Numbered from the stretch's first letter, positions 40,201-53,346 are shown. The stretch is 64,000 nucleotides of DNA from Octopus sinensis (GCF_006345805.1 NC_043007.1:50902001-50966000); one strand, 5' to 3'. Notes: generated from the sequence alone by a model not told the origin. Numbers and translations are program-made.

Positions 40201-40374
40201 AGTGGAAATCAATCGGGGACCATCTGATTATAATAGATATGAAAAAAATACCACTTGAAAGAATCACAAAGACTACAAACGGGGCCATGAGTGCTAACAC
40301 ATATATTTATACAATGGCCCCCTACATCATACTCACAAATCGAAAATAATTAAATAATTAAATGAATAATAAGA

Positions 40375-40445
<71 letters not shown>

Positions 40446-40447
<2 letters not shown>

Positions 40448-40978
40448 GCCCTGATGCAGTGCCAGGCATTGGCACTCATGGCTCCTGATCTTAACTGATT
40501 GGAAGTGTTATCATGTACATAGGCTACAGCAAATATTCTGCTCGATATCACAGATTTGCTTGTCAGTTGCTTGACCTTAACCAGTTGAGTATGTCCCTTT
40601 GTGGCTGATGACATGTGCATCTCTAATCACGACCAGAAGTAGTGGGGGAGCAACATAGCTATGTGACGAGAGGAATTCTTTGAGGTTTGGATAATTTACC
40701 TAAGGAAACATGGATATTTTGTTCATCGTCCTTAAAGTACCCTTATTCAGGGACCTTTTGGGTGGGGTGGGATACTCGGTTTGAAGAAAATTTCAACTGG
40801 GCCCCACCAGCTAGGTCATGCGCTGTTTATCTTGATATGAGATCACTAAGTTGCACGCATATGGTTGTAATGCACGTGCTTGGTGTACCCTTATCAGACA
40901 AGTAATCATGATGGGTATACTGGGCTTCGTATATTTTACCGTAGTGTCACTTTGATGGTATGCACTGATCTCTCACTC
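40446..40978 (+). mobile_element. Probable 3' UTR segment of a TAA-tailed retroelement
   Basis: Non-coding, lying between (TTA)n and (AAT)n. Its end tttgatggtatgcactgatctctcactcaataat recurs at 58685-58720, also followed by (AAT)n. Confidence 0.5.
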
Positions 40979-41174
40979 AATAATGATAATAACAATAATA
41001 ATTCGATAGCGAATATATAATAATTTAAGGGAAAAGAGAGAAGAGCACAACTACATGACCAGAGTGTTTTTTATTAGGTCTCAAATTGCTGATTACAATG
41101 TCTATTATAAATTTACGTTTAATATTTTTGACAATGATAATAATAACAATAATAAAAATAGAATTATAATCATA

Positions 41175-43000
41175 ATGGCAATTCTTTCTTTATCGGCCTC
41201 AAGGTCTGCACACAAAACAAAGGTCGATACAACACAAAGGAAAGTGAAGATTCACATACAGTGCATGTAAACAGTAAAAAAAATAAAACAAAAACAATTA
41301 AAATTTTCAAATAATAAAATTTCCCCAAAAGAAGGAAGCTCCCCCAAGGGGCAATCAAGGAACCCCTATCATCCTAAACACTCCGAACATCGAGGGCACT
41401 CCTCTCCTCTCCTCTCCATTCCCTTGGGCTAACAGGCGCATGCTTAGAATCGACCCATTCACATGTGTCTTCCTCCCCACAGTCACCCATCTTTCATAAA
41501 AAATACTGGGGGTTAGCACTTCCATCTCCCCATTCATTTTCCTCTTTAAGTGGAACCTGAAAATTTCGATAAAGTCTTGGCCTAAGAAAGTGTTTGTCTT
41601 CAGTCTTTTCACCTTCGTCCACCACATTACCTCTTTCGCCACAGCGCCAGACAGCACCTTCCTTTCCTGTCCAAAAGAAGGCGGCGGGGCAATCACAACG
41701 GGCTCAACTGATAATTGGACCGCCCTACACGCAATAACAGCTGTTCGACAAAACTCCTTAAGTCAGAGGCCCTACAGAACGGCTACGTTGCATTACGTGC
41801 CTTTCGGACAAGCCCGTGTGACAACACACTCGTGACCGTAGAGTTTATCTTGAACCCGTAGCCCATTCGGTCGCTCTGTCAGGACAACGACATCTGGAAA
41901 TTACTCATGGTAGTGCCCAACCGGGAAGTCTTCCGGAAGAGACTAGCCAGTTCATTTTCGTTGACGCCTAGAGTCTCCCCGAGAACTTCGCCGCACTTTC
42001 TCGCTACTTATATTGCTAAAGTGGAACATCTACAGATTTCAGAACCCGACTGGTAGAGGGTTGTGAGCACCTGATGACTTTCTGGGTTCCGGGCACCCAT
42101 TCTCGATCTATTTTTCGCCCATGACTGAAACTCTGTCAAAGAAACAAGCTGCCGAAAAACATGCCACACGAACGGAGCCCACACACGTTCATCGTCGTGA
42201 AATCTTTGCAGGTGACGAAACTTGAGTGCATGTCTGTGCATCAGAAGCCCCGGCATTCCTAAGCGGCCACGCAGTGTATGATGGCAGTAGACTACTGCCG
42301 GATCATTGGAACACTCCCTTCCACATGAAAATAAGAGACGTTCCAGCAAGATGGTCAGGTGACAAATGATAACGGAGACGAAGTGGGCATTCGTCACCTC
42401 TGCCTAACATCTCTGACTATTTCTAGATAAGACTGGCTATCCTGTTCGTCACCTCCTCCCAATTCTTATCCATTTAGAGGTCAGGACCGAACTAGACCTC
42501 GAGCAGTTAAACTAGTCCGTCAATCCAGCGTCCAAAGACGCCGTCTGACGACATCAACCTGCCTCACCAGGTGCTCAGCTGCAATCCCACCGACTTGTCG
42601 GCGTTGATTTTGGCCCATGCAACCGACTCATATTCGTTTACAATGGAATCGACCGTCACTGCTTCGGAGTTGTCCGACATTATGACAGTGACATCGTCTG
42701 CGTAAGCCGACACTATCCTAGTGTCCCTAGTTCGAAAGAAATGCCCTTCAACTGTTCCAACTTCCGCAGCAGAGGCTCGAGAGCCAGCACGTAGAGAAGA
42801 GATGAAAGCGAGAAGCCCTGATGGACTGAGCGTGCAATGCAAAACGATGGCGATAGGTTGACCGTTTACTTTGACCACTGAGCAGATACCGTTGTACACT
42901 GCAGCGGGCCAGCCTCTGAAAGGGAGTCTGAAACCGGCCGCTTTTAGAACGGCTTCGAAGTAGCGTTGGTAGACACTGTTGTTGTTGTTGTTGTTGTTGC
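41175..43000 (-). mobile_element. Degraded Tx1-like LINE copy 3, ORF2 3' part and 3' UTR
   Basis: YQRYFEAVLKAAGF..GW, SAYADDVTV, INADKSVGLQLSTW, LGMPGLLMHRHALK and HLKRKM match copy 1. Confidence 0.88.
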
Positions 43001-43299
43001 TTGTAGTAGAGGACATGATTTCATTTTCGTTGTTAAAAATTTTCTCCTGTTATTGTAAAATCTGTCATTCAGGTTTGAGGATGAAATTATCAAATACCTC
43101 CCACTTCTCTGGATTTTACTTTTTATTTTCAATTAGGTAAAATTAGGTAAAAGTCATTGTTGCTTTTGTTCACAACAGTAAAATTGATGGAAACATTGTG
43201 TGTACCGATTAAATTGTTTTCTTTTAACAGTTTTAGTGTCTGTGTTTTGTTGTTGCTGTTGTTGTTGTTGTTGCTGCTGCTGCTACTGCTGTTGTTGTT

Positions 43300-44740
43300 G
43301 TTGTTGATGATTATGTTGCTGTTGTTGTCGATGTTGCTGCTGCTGTTGTTTTTGTTGTTGATGATGTTAATGTTGTCATCGTTGGAGTGGATGTGAAATG
43401 GGCTGTATATATGATCTTTGTGTTTGTAGTTGGTTTTGTTGAGTTCTCAGAGTGGGCTTCTGTACCCCGCTCCTTTTTCGTATTGCCCATTTGGTTACTG
43501 TTTGCTATACCTCTGTCTGATCTTTCTTCTCCGAGTGATTTCCAAAAGAATCGGTAGGAGGTGGAGAAATTTGGTCGAAAGAAGAACTTGAGTCGTTGTT
43601 GTTGGCTTGCGGGACCAGAAGTTTGGGAAGAGAATGCTCTTCTGTAGGAGCAAGGGGAAATCTTCCGTTGACGAGGTTTTGGTGTAGGGGTCCTGACCTG
43701 CTCATAGGGTTGTTGTAAATGTGGATGTGGAGTTGTCAACAAGGCTGGTTTCAGTTTATTTAATTGAGGACAGAAAGCCTTTTGATGGATTGTACTTCTG
43801 CAGATGTAACACTTAAGCTTTTTTGCCCTCAGTCACATCTCTTATGGGCTCCACGCCTTCCATGTAAATTATGTCAGGGAACCTATGAAAGTTCTCTGCA
43901 GTCACCAGCATTTCCACTTCCACCTGGACCACCGATATATTTTCTTTCGGGATGGATTTCCAATTTAAAATATCACCATACTCATCCAGCATCATCCAGA
44001 AATACTGAATGTTAAGCTCTGGAAGCACATTTGAAAAAGTAACCTTTTTCACTAGTCCTTCCACCCCAAATAAGATAGGATGAAAATATATTCATCTGAG
44101 GAGCAAGTGTGCAAGGCCATCTTTTTCGATGTCTCTTCGCTATGGCATATAGCAACGAAAGATCCAAATAGCTTACTCACTTCACGTGGCAATTTGAACC
44201 CCAGACATCTTTTAGGCATTTTCCTTTCTGTGCTGGAGTAGGATTTTCAATCTACCAGGTCTTCTTATTGTGACAACTATAGAGAACTGTTCTTTTTGTG
44301 ATCAGATCTTTTTTGCCTGATGATAGAACGAAAAAAATTTGGTTTTACCAGTCATTTTCGGAAATTTTTACCAAAATCATTGTTAAAGGAGTGCTCCACC
44401 CATCTGTCTTCAGCAAATTTGGCGAAAGATGCGTTGGATATGTTGTTGTTTTTGTTGTTGTTGTTGTTGTTGTTGCTGCTTGTAATGAAGGAATGGATTT
44501 ATTTTCTCTGTTAAAAATGTTCTCCTTCTGTTTCTCTTGTTATTATGTATGTTACTAGTTTGTTACACTTCCAGCTGGGAGTTGTTGTTGCTACAATTAT
44601 TGTTGATAGATAGAACTGTTTTTCAAGAATTCCTTATTGAAATATTCCGCCTTGTGAACAATTTCAACGTCACTCCTGTTAAAAACAGGCTGTCATCTGT
44701 TTTTTTCAACGGGGCGACATTAGCGCGCCGCACTCCCTCC
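43300..44740 (-). pseudogene. Degraded L1/Tx1-type ORF1 (RRM-like region + zinc knuckle) and 5' end
   Basis: VKKVTFSNVLPELNIQYFWMMLDEYGDIL..., then after a frameshift KCYICRSTIHQRLS (CX2CX4H knuckle), then a T/Q-rich tail. Confidence 0.65.
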
Positions 44741-45042
44741 CTCTTTCTCTACGTCTTGATGACGCTCCTCACTCTCCCGCCTCTCGCTTACAAGCGTCAC
44801 TGCATAGATAGAAATTTTTATGGAAAATAGAAAAATTTCATAGCACACAATTAAACCGAGGTTTCCTCCAAGACTAGGGGACAACGTACGAAAAGAAACT
44901 CACCTAGCAGTAGAAAACTACTTTCTCTCCAAAAGTATAAGTTCCAAAACTGGACAAAACAGTTGTCCGTAGTTTCATTTACAAAATGTACGGAGCGGGG
45001 TCAAGCATGGCTTGCCAAGCTGACGGCGATAAATGACAATAA

Positions 45043-45122
<80 letters not shown>

Positions 45123-45144
45123 TAACAACAATAATAAGAATAAC

Positions 45145-45201
<57 letters not shown>

Positions 45202-45218
45202 GGAAAAATTCAACTCAC

Positions 45219-45404
45219 TCCAGAAGTTACTAGATTCTGCCGCAGCTGCTGCTGCCGCTGCAGCAGCTGTTGTTGGTGGAGGTGGTTCCATTAAAGCAGA
45301 CATCTGTTCCATTATAGCCGATACCTGGGCGGCATCACCGGGACCATCACGCACAAAGAAAAATGGGAAATTTCCGTGTGTCAATGGATTCCTCTCCCTG
45401 GACC
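45219..45404 (-). CDS. Internal coding exon (186 nt, phase 1 to phase 1) of an unidentified host gene, with Pro/Thr/poly-Ala
   Basis: Branch-like tactgac, acceptor ttcaacttttgtttctag|GG, donor GGA|gtgagt. Only one frame is open: SRERNPLTHGNFPFFFVRDGPGDAAQVSAIMEQMSALMEPPPPTTAAAAAAAAAAESSNFW. The poly-Ala uses mixed GCN codons. Confidence 0.62.
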
Positions 45405-45511
45405 CTAGAAACAAAAGTTGAAATATCTGTCAGTAAATTTTATTTTAATGTTTGCTCTGTATAGAAGAAAGGTTCCTATATTTTAGAATGTAAGGTATGA
45501 TAAATAATATA

Positions 45512-45901
45512 TTCTTTTCTACTCTAGGCATAAGGCCTAGAAAATTTGGGGGAGAGTGCCAGTCAATGAGATCTACCCCAGTACGCAACTGGTACTTAAT
45601 TTATCGACCCAGAAAGGATGAAAAGCAAAGTTGACCTCGGCGGAATTTGATCTCAGGACGAAATACCTATTTCTATTTCTTTACTACCCACAAGGGGCTA
45701 AACACAGAGAGGACAAACAAGGACAGACAAACGGATAAAGTCGATTATATCGACCCCAGTGCGTAACTGGTACTAATTTAATCGACTCCGAAAGGATGAA
45801 AGGCAAAGTCGACCTCGGCGTAATTTGAACTCAGAACTCAGAGACGAAATACTACTAAGCGTTATGTCTGGCGTGCTAACGTTTCTGCCAGCTCGCCGCC
45901 G
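45512..45901 (-). mobile_element. Two abutting SINE family B units (full B1 at 45666-45901; head-truncated B2 at 45512-45665)
   Basis: Duplicated core gaaaggatgaaa(a/g)gcaaagt(t/c)gacctcggcg with two different tails. Confidence 0.9.
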
Positions 45902-47203
45902 TGGGATAAGAAATAAAATATTGTGATTTACGTGTCACTTCTGAAAGGTAGGACTTTCAGATTGTAAGTAAAAGTAAATTAAAGCTAAATAGCGTAAACT
46001 CTGTAGCAGTATTAATTTATATGTATGTTACTCTTCGTACGGTAGCATTCACTATAATATATGCTGTCTTACGCGATCGTTATCACTGCCAGAAATACCA
46101 GCAAAACGCTACCCAAAGCATTCTTTTAAAGTCTTAAAATGATGGTCCCCACTGAATAATGTAGACCTGAATACAATATATGTAAGCAAGAAATGGGATG
46201 GTCTTAGTTGGAAGCTTTTCGATCATATTTTTTCGATGATGATACTCCTGGAGTTAAACAACAAATACATAATCTATACATGGCCACCCTTTCTGTCAGA
46301 ATTAACAATAATCTCGTCTATTGCTCCATAGTCACTGCTCCTGTTACAAACAACAGAAGTGCATCTCTTGTTCCGTGGGGTCCTACAAAAATACTTCTAA
46401 ATATTGTTTGTTTTACACGCAGTACAAAGAATGTGTTGAATAATGGAAGAAAAGCAAGGGAAGTCTGCGTTATTCCTGTCTTTACTTGGAATTTTACCAG
46501 CACAAGGAAAGTGAATGTAGCATGAAATCACTATAAGTTAGGAAAAGAATAAAGACAAACAATTTATAAGGTAAAAGAAATATTATTAGAAAGTTAAGGT
46601 GTAGTAAAACACACACATAACCACACGCACCATGCACAACCGCAAAAACTGTGTGTGTGTGCGTGTGTGTTTCGTGTGTATGTATGTGCGCGCGAGTGAG
46701 AGAGAGGAAGGGGTGCGAGTGTACTTCATCCATATTCATTCTCTCTCTCAGTCATTCATTCACTCTATATGTCGAGTCCATTTTTTCAGTTTTGGGTTTT
46801 TTTTTCGCTTTTTATTCATTCATCTATTCATTATCTTATTCTTTTACTTCGTGATCCTGGCATTGACAAACGGTGTATGTCTTGTAATGATGGCACTGGC
46901 ATGACACTCCCTCCCCGCCTCCGTCACATATACACCTTGTAACAACGAATACATTTGAAAGGTTTTCATTTATTTATTTATTTCTATTTTTTGACATCAC
47001 TAGAGACGTGTAATCGAATCCAGGTAAGGTGGCCTTGTAGTTCGCCTGCTGGAGTCACTATGGCGTGACATATACCTCTTCAAAAGCAAAAAAAAGAAAA
47101 GACAACAAAAAACAAGAGAATAAAACTATTTTTTATGCCTTCTTTGACTCATCTGTTTCTCTCTCGTTCCCTCTTCCTCTCTCGCTTTCTCTCTTCTCCC
47201 CCC

Positions 47204-47237
<34 letters not shown>

Positions 47238-47432
47238 CCTGTGTATATGTGCGTGTGCACATATATACACAGAAATACATTTAAAACAGAAAAGAAACTA
47301 CGGTAAATCAATACTTGGAAAAGAGTTGAATATGTCTTTTAAAAATCACTTCAACTTCGAAGTTTCGCTACGTAACGCTTTTCAAATTGTGTGGAAAATT
47401 TTACTTGGAGAAACTTCCAATGTATTATCAGC

Positions 47433-47519
<87 letters not shown>

Positions 47520-48301
47520 TGTGTGTGTGCGTGTATGTGTTGTGTGCGCGAGCGCGTATACATTACGGTTGTATTTATCAAAATGATTCTTTGCTTCAAT
47601 ATGACATAAGTTAATTACGTGTGCGCTGGTGATTAAAATTATTCTAGAACACAAGATAGTGCGGAAGAGAGAGAAAGAAAGAGAATGAAAAAGAGAATGC
47701 TTGACAGTCAGTGAGATTATATAGGAAAAATTATAGTGAAATAGAAAGATGTACGATTATATATGGAAAACTTTCTTTTTATGCTAATGGCGTCATTAGA
47801 CTTAGGTAGGTATATCGATATGCGTATGTCCTGATAATTTTATGCTACTAAATTTTTAAATAATTATACTCCGTTCTGCCATTGTATCTTTCTTACATTC
47901 AATACATGGAAATTTGTTCTAAGATATATGTTTGTCATATTTTTGAAAATCAACAACATGAACCGCGAGTTATCATGAATACGAAAAATTCTGCTATATA
48001 TTTTCGTTTGTGTTTGATTTCTTGGCTCTGGTTCGATGTTATCAAGCTACGATTACAATAAAGTAAATCTCCGGAATTTCCCGAACTATAAAGGGTAATT
48101 GCTATGAAAATTGTCGTCTTGCCTCTAACTTCCCGGTTTGTGAAACGTGAGAAAAATCATTTTGACTTCGAAGCTTCAATGTGTCAAAATCATACTGGCC
48201 AAGAGTATATTTCATATCCGTCCGTATTCATATACATATGCCTTCACAAACACACACGCGCGAGCGCGCGCACACAACACATACACACATAAACATATAC
48301 A

Positions 48302-48336
<35 letters not shown>

Positions 48337-48911
48337 TATATATAATATATATATATAAAGCAGAAAAACTAGCGTTATTGGACTTCATTACAAAATCTGT
48401 ACGGTTACAATACCGTTCATCGATTACTCGAAACAACTGTAACGATAAGGCTTCAGCACACCATGCTATTGCATACTCAACTCACCAAATAAATACACCA
48501 GCTTCTGTTTATCTGACTGTTTATCTGCCTCCATGCTCGCTCGATGAATATCGTTCTTATAGCCAACTTTCTCCTTCGACTCTACAACTCCTGATGAAGT
48601 TGGAATGACTTTCACACACGCGCTCACACATACATACATACATACATACATAAATACATACATACATACATACATACATACATACATACATACATACATA
48701 CATACATACATACATGCATACATACATACATAGATGTTTATAAGGAAAAGGTTAGCACGAATTTACGGCTCATCAGGCTATTGCTGCACTGGTTTTTCTG
48801 GCTGATAAGCCGAAATATCGAAGTCATAGACAATCTTTCCCTTGTAAATATTAATAAATAGATTAATAAGTAAAAATTAATAAACTGATCCTTCAGTTTA
48901 TTATTAAGTTG

Positions 48912-49210
48912 GGATCTTTTCCTTTTGATGGACGGAATTCAACACAATTTCTAGTTAACTAAACAATTTTAAATGTCGTATACTGGTAGAATGTGTCAAA
49001 AGCAAACATTATTTTCACTTGGCTTTTTTGATAAATTTGTAATTTGTAAGTTTAACGTAGTTTATTTCTTCGAATTTTAACCAATGAATTGCCAGCATTT
49101 GAGCTTAAATCATTTTCTGCGTTATCGATATTGATAAACAAAGGAGGAGACGCACGCGGCATACACACACACACACACACATATATTCAGATACATACAC
49201 AAGTACACTT

Positions 49211-49246
<36 letters not shown>

Positions 49247-49361
49247 TCAGATAAGTGAAAATAATGTTTTCTTTTGACACATTCTACCGGTATACGAAGT
49301 TTCAAATTGTTTAGTTAACTAGAAATTGTGTTGAATTTCGTCCATCAAAAGGAAAAGATCC
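48912..49361. mobile_element. 450-bp MITE with ~110-bp TIRs and 8-bp TSD
   Basis: TIRs at 48912-49020 and 49253-49361 (GGATC...GATCC). ttaagttg occurs at 48904-48911 and 49362-49369. Confidence 0.88.
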
Positions 49362-50319
49362 TTAAGTTGTGTTTAGCATAACAAACACACACACAAGTAC
49401 ACATTTGAGTGCGTGCACGCGCGCGCGCGCACTTGTGTGTGTTTGTGTGTCTGTGTCTGTGTAACCCCACTCGGTCACTGCCAGTTCCATCTTTCGTTTC
49501 ATCGTCTTTTACACATGATCCCGAGTATTATAAATTCTGCTGACAACTTTTTCCCTCGGCTGAATGCCTGTTACTGAAGCCACATTATCATTATTCTCAA
49601 TCAATAAACTATCCATTACACCCTTTTATCATCATCCTCACCACCACTACCACCACCACTACTACTACTACTACTTGTTACAATACTTTTATTCTTACCT
49701 GTTTCATCTGTAGTGAAAGTTAGTTTATAAATGTGTGTGCGTGCGTGCGCATATGTATAGACGGAGAATTGTATCAGCTTTAGTCGGTATGGTTAGCTTT
49801 TATCCAATTCCCACCCATCTCACCCGGCTTAGCCAACCACTACGATACCTATTGGCTGATTTTGACCGAAATAAAACAAGACACCGATTTCAGATGATTA
49901 TCTTTCGAAAAACAAATATTTCATTCTACCATCCATTTACCTCTCTCCACTCTTTTATCTCTTCATCTACACCTTTTTATACATCTATACCCTTTCATTC
50001 ATATACACACTTTCATTGATATACACCCTTCATTTCTTCATTCATACATATTGTTTATTCATCTATACTTTTCATTCATCAGCTCATGTATCTGTCTTTG
50101 TCACCAACCAACCAAACAACCAGCCAACCTACCAGCCTGCCAGACAACCAGCCACTGAACCAGCCTACTAACATGTCAACCAGTTAACCAGCTTACCGAC
50201 TAACCGTGACGATAACTCTGCGAGGTCATTTGCCAGAAATTGCAGCAAAATCTCATTTTTCAGTCTTGAAATTGAAGGACAAATTGAATAGTGTAATTTT
50301 TTCCTAGATTACGTCTTCC

Positions 50320-50700
50320 AATGACGATGATTTGTTCCGAAGAATTCAAACAAAACAATTGCATATCGCTCAAAGCAAACAGTTCAGCATCACTTGATTG
50401 GTTGAAAGACATGTACTCGATTTTCTTGACATTTGTGTGCTGTCCAGTTTTGGTAGCTGATGTTTCTTGTCTACTGAGCAGCTGTTGAGCTAGATCTATT
50501 TCATTAGATATGAGTGCTCAATCATCTATGAAATCTAAGTCTGTGATGGTTACTGCTGGTACTCTCTGCAATCTTTGCTGGCTAATGGTGAACCAAGGTC
50601 ATCGTCAATGTTGCCTATAGCTTGCAGCAATGCATAATCCAATACATTTGCAAACAGGTAAGGTGCAAGCGCGTCTCATTGCAGTACCCAGCTAATATTT
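50320..50700 (-). pseudogene. Degraded reverse-transcriptase fragment of an RTE-type LINE
   Basis: GVLQ*DALAPYLFANVLDYAL...VPAVTITDLDFIDD*ALISNEIDLAQQLL...NVKKIEYMSFN. Confidence 0.72.
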
Positions 50701-50739
50701 GAGAGAATTCCGTTTTTCCGTCAGATGAAAGCCACAATG

Positions 50740-51250
50740 TCTGGTTTTCTCGTAGGTCTTTGCATGAACTAGTTCCTCGGGAATGCATACACGCGAAGGA
50801 CCTTCAACATTTCCTCACGTTGGATGCTATCAAACGCTTTGCTGAAGCCCTCGAATGTTATAATCATTATAATCGCGCCATGTCCCTAGCTAAACACGAA
50901 CAGTATCCAACTGGAGCTCTCACATTTGCTCTAAATACCGGGACTCACTATCACCGAGAATTTCCCTTGGTGAGAGCACATTTTTAACAAAGCTAGTACC
51001 ACATCTCAAGGACTCAGCTTTCTCTTAAGGTCTAGAAAATATATCTACTGACACTCTACAAGGCCAAAGCAAGACCTACAATACTGTAATACTCCCATAT
51101 CTAGAAGATGCTGCGGATATATACACTGATACTTTGGACCACAACAAGAGAAGGGTCATTTGACTGATTGGCATTCAATAACTAGCGAGCATAACCCAAC
51201 CTCTGATCTACAGGCATACAGTCCCTTCTGTCTTTTCTGCCGATACCATA
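50740..51250 (+). pseudogene. Degraded C-terminal RT region of a Jockey/CR1-like LINE, interrupted at 51250 and resuming at 52392
   Basis: FPW*EHIF..ASTTSQGLSFLLRSRKY..LLTLYKAKARP..YSHI. The empty-site reading is RYHNGICS. Confidence 0.62.
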
Positions 51251-51355
51251 GGCCATTCCGATAAGGTAGTTATCCGCCCCTGATTGGAACTCTCGCGTAT
51301 GTGACTTGCTTCTACTTCCGCGGACTACCGACTCACGGGCTGTATAACCAGTAAT

Positions 51356-51604
51356 ATGATGTCTCCGAAGAAATCGCGCAAATACTGTTGTATATGCAGC
51401 AATTATAGAGGGAAGAATGTAGACGACAAAATTATTTCACTTCATAGATACCCTGCAAACGTCGCTATTCGTCGTATTTGGCTTTAGAGATCGAGACTTG
51501 TGAGGAAAGACTTTGTTTACACTGCAAATAGTCAGATTTGCTCCCAGCATTTCGTCAATTCTAATGGACTATCGACAGATCACCCCTTGCCATCCGTTTA
51601 TTAG
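51356..51604 (+). pseudogene. THAP zinc-finger domain remnant (one internal stop)
   Basis: MMSPKKSRKYCCICSNY...SLHRYPANVAIRRIWL*...QICSQHF...HPLPSVY: C-x2-C, P, W, C-x2-HF, P signature. Confidence 0.8.
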
Positions 51605-51767
51605 ATAGACTTCAGAGATATACGTATTTGATAAATATGATAGGGATGAAAAATATTCAAAATTAAGTCTCATTCATTTATCATTTATTTTTTTAATTAT
51701 ACATTTATTTACTTACATCCCTGAAAAATTCAATTTATTATACAAGGGAAAAAAGTCAAAATAATTA

Positions 51768-52225
51768 AATAGGCTCTTTCCCTGCAGTGCAGTTGCAATC
51801 AGCTGAATGTACATTGCCAGTGACCTTTGACATTCTGTGATCAGGATTGTTCTTTTTGTTAGATGTTGGTATTGGCGGGATTACCAGACAGCGGACAATG
51901 CTGTGAGAGTAGTTTTCGGTAACATCGTAACATTCAATGTTGTGGATGTGGTAAAATATGCCACTCCTTAACTGTCGCTTTGCCTTCATCCGTAGCACGA
52001 GGTAGTTATAAACGTCATTATCCGTAAAATTCGGACACTTCTGAAGATCTTTTGTCCAATCTCATTTCAGCACATTAGGATCAGGTAAAACTTCACCGAA
52101 AGGAGATACAAGTTTCTGCTTATTCCGGTCTGAAGTACACTTCTCGTCTGTTGATTTTAACTAAATTGACGTTCTTTATCAGGAAGAATTTTAATACCTT
52201 TTAACCTTTCAACCAAATCCGCCAT
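51768..52225 (-). pseudogene. N-terminal remnant of a SWIM zinc-finger protein
   Basis: MADLVERL... then LPDPNVLK*DWTKDLQKCPNFTDNDVYNYLV...TGNVHSADCNCTAG (truncated at the SWIM CxC). Confidence 0.7.
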
Positions 52226-53315
52226 TTTTTTTCCCAGTAACATACTGTCCATGTACTCGCGAATAATTCTTTAACTCGAGCTGCTTAATAATCATGATAG
52301 GAGGTAACACACAACAATAATGGCGTGGGTAGTCGGCGGGAGTAGAATTGTCTGCATGGAGAGCCACCAATCTACTTATCGGAATGTCCTAATGGCATTT
52401 GTTCCCGGCAAGCCCAACAAGACACACTGTCGTTTCGTTCGAGAATGCGCTAGAGACAATCCAAAACAAGTTCTCGAACAAGACAAAATGACTTTTGTTG
52501 GACTCAGTCTTCTTATAATACACACGCATGTATATACACATGAATATGTGTGTGTGTGTATGTGTGTATGTATATATGCAACCATGCATATATATATGTA
52601 TATCTATTTATCTATACTAACACACTTACACACACACACATTGTACACACATACATATACACAAAACAAAATCGTCTTGCACGTTCAAACTTCCACGGTT
52701 CATAAAGTATCACAAAAAAAAACAGACCATCATTATATCGGCTAAGGCCGATATAATCGACTGTTTCTTTGATAGAGTAAATCTAGCATGGCCAGAGTCC
52801 AATGACTGAAATCAGTAAGATAATAAAAAAATACACAGCTACACACAAACATAAATATATAAAACCTGGAGAATATATATGTATATATGTACACATACTC
52901 ACGCATACACACACGCATACACACGCGCGCACACATTCATAGAGATAGGCTACACACTAATTTCACTGTCATTTCCACATAAAGACTCCAGCCATGACAA
53001 ACACGTCGCTTGGCCTTTGCACCTTACTATCTGCTACCCTATATTATAGTTGACATTATTGTACAGCCAGCCTATCCTACACAGACATGGTGTGTTCATG
53101 CGTGACTTGATGAGCCAGTAGATAATTCTAAACCTCACAGATCTGTGTCATAACAATCTTGACTTCTTGCCACTCTCCTCTTTCTTTTCTCTTCTTTCAT
53201 TCATTCATTGTGTGTGTGTGTGTGTGCGTAGCAACAGAAATATATGATTGTATGTATATATGTATGTTTGTGTATATATATACATACATCCGTGTGTCGT
53301 GCGTACATACAGATA

Positions 53316-53345
<30 letters not shown>

Positions 53346-53346
<1 letters not shown>

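Larger units (their letters stand above)
51251..52389. mobile_element. 1139-bp non-autonomous DNA transposon with convergent THAP and SWIM gene stubs (ISL2EU/Kolobok-like architecture)
   Basis: TIRs GGCCATTCCGATAAGGTAG and CTACTTATCGGAATGTCC. TA duplication at 51249-51250 and 52390-52391. Removing the element restores the host LINE frame. Confidence 0.82.

Noticed and set aside
46208-46525. 105-aa plus-strand ORF
   Set aside because: It starts at a non-ATG codon, has no recognisable domain and has no splice support on that strand.
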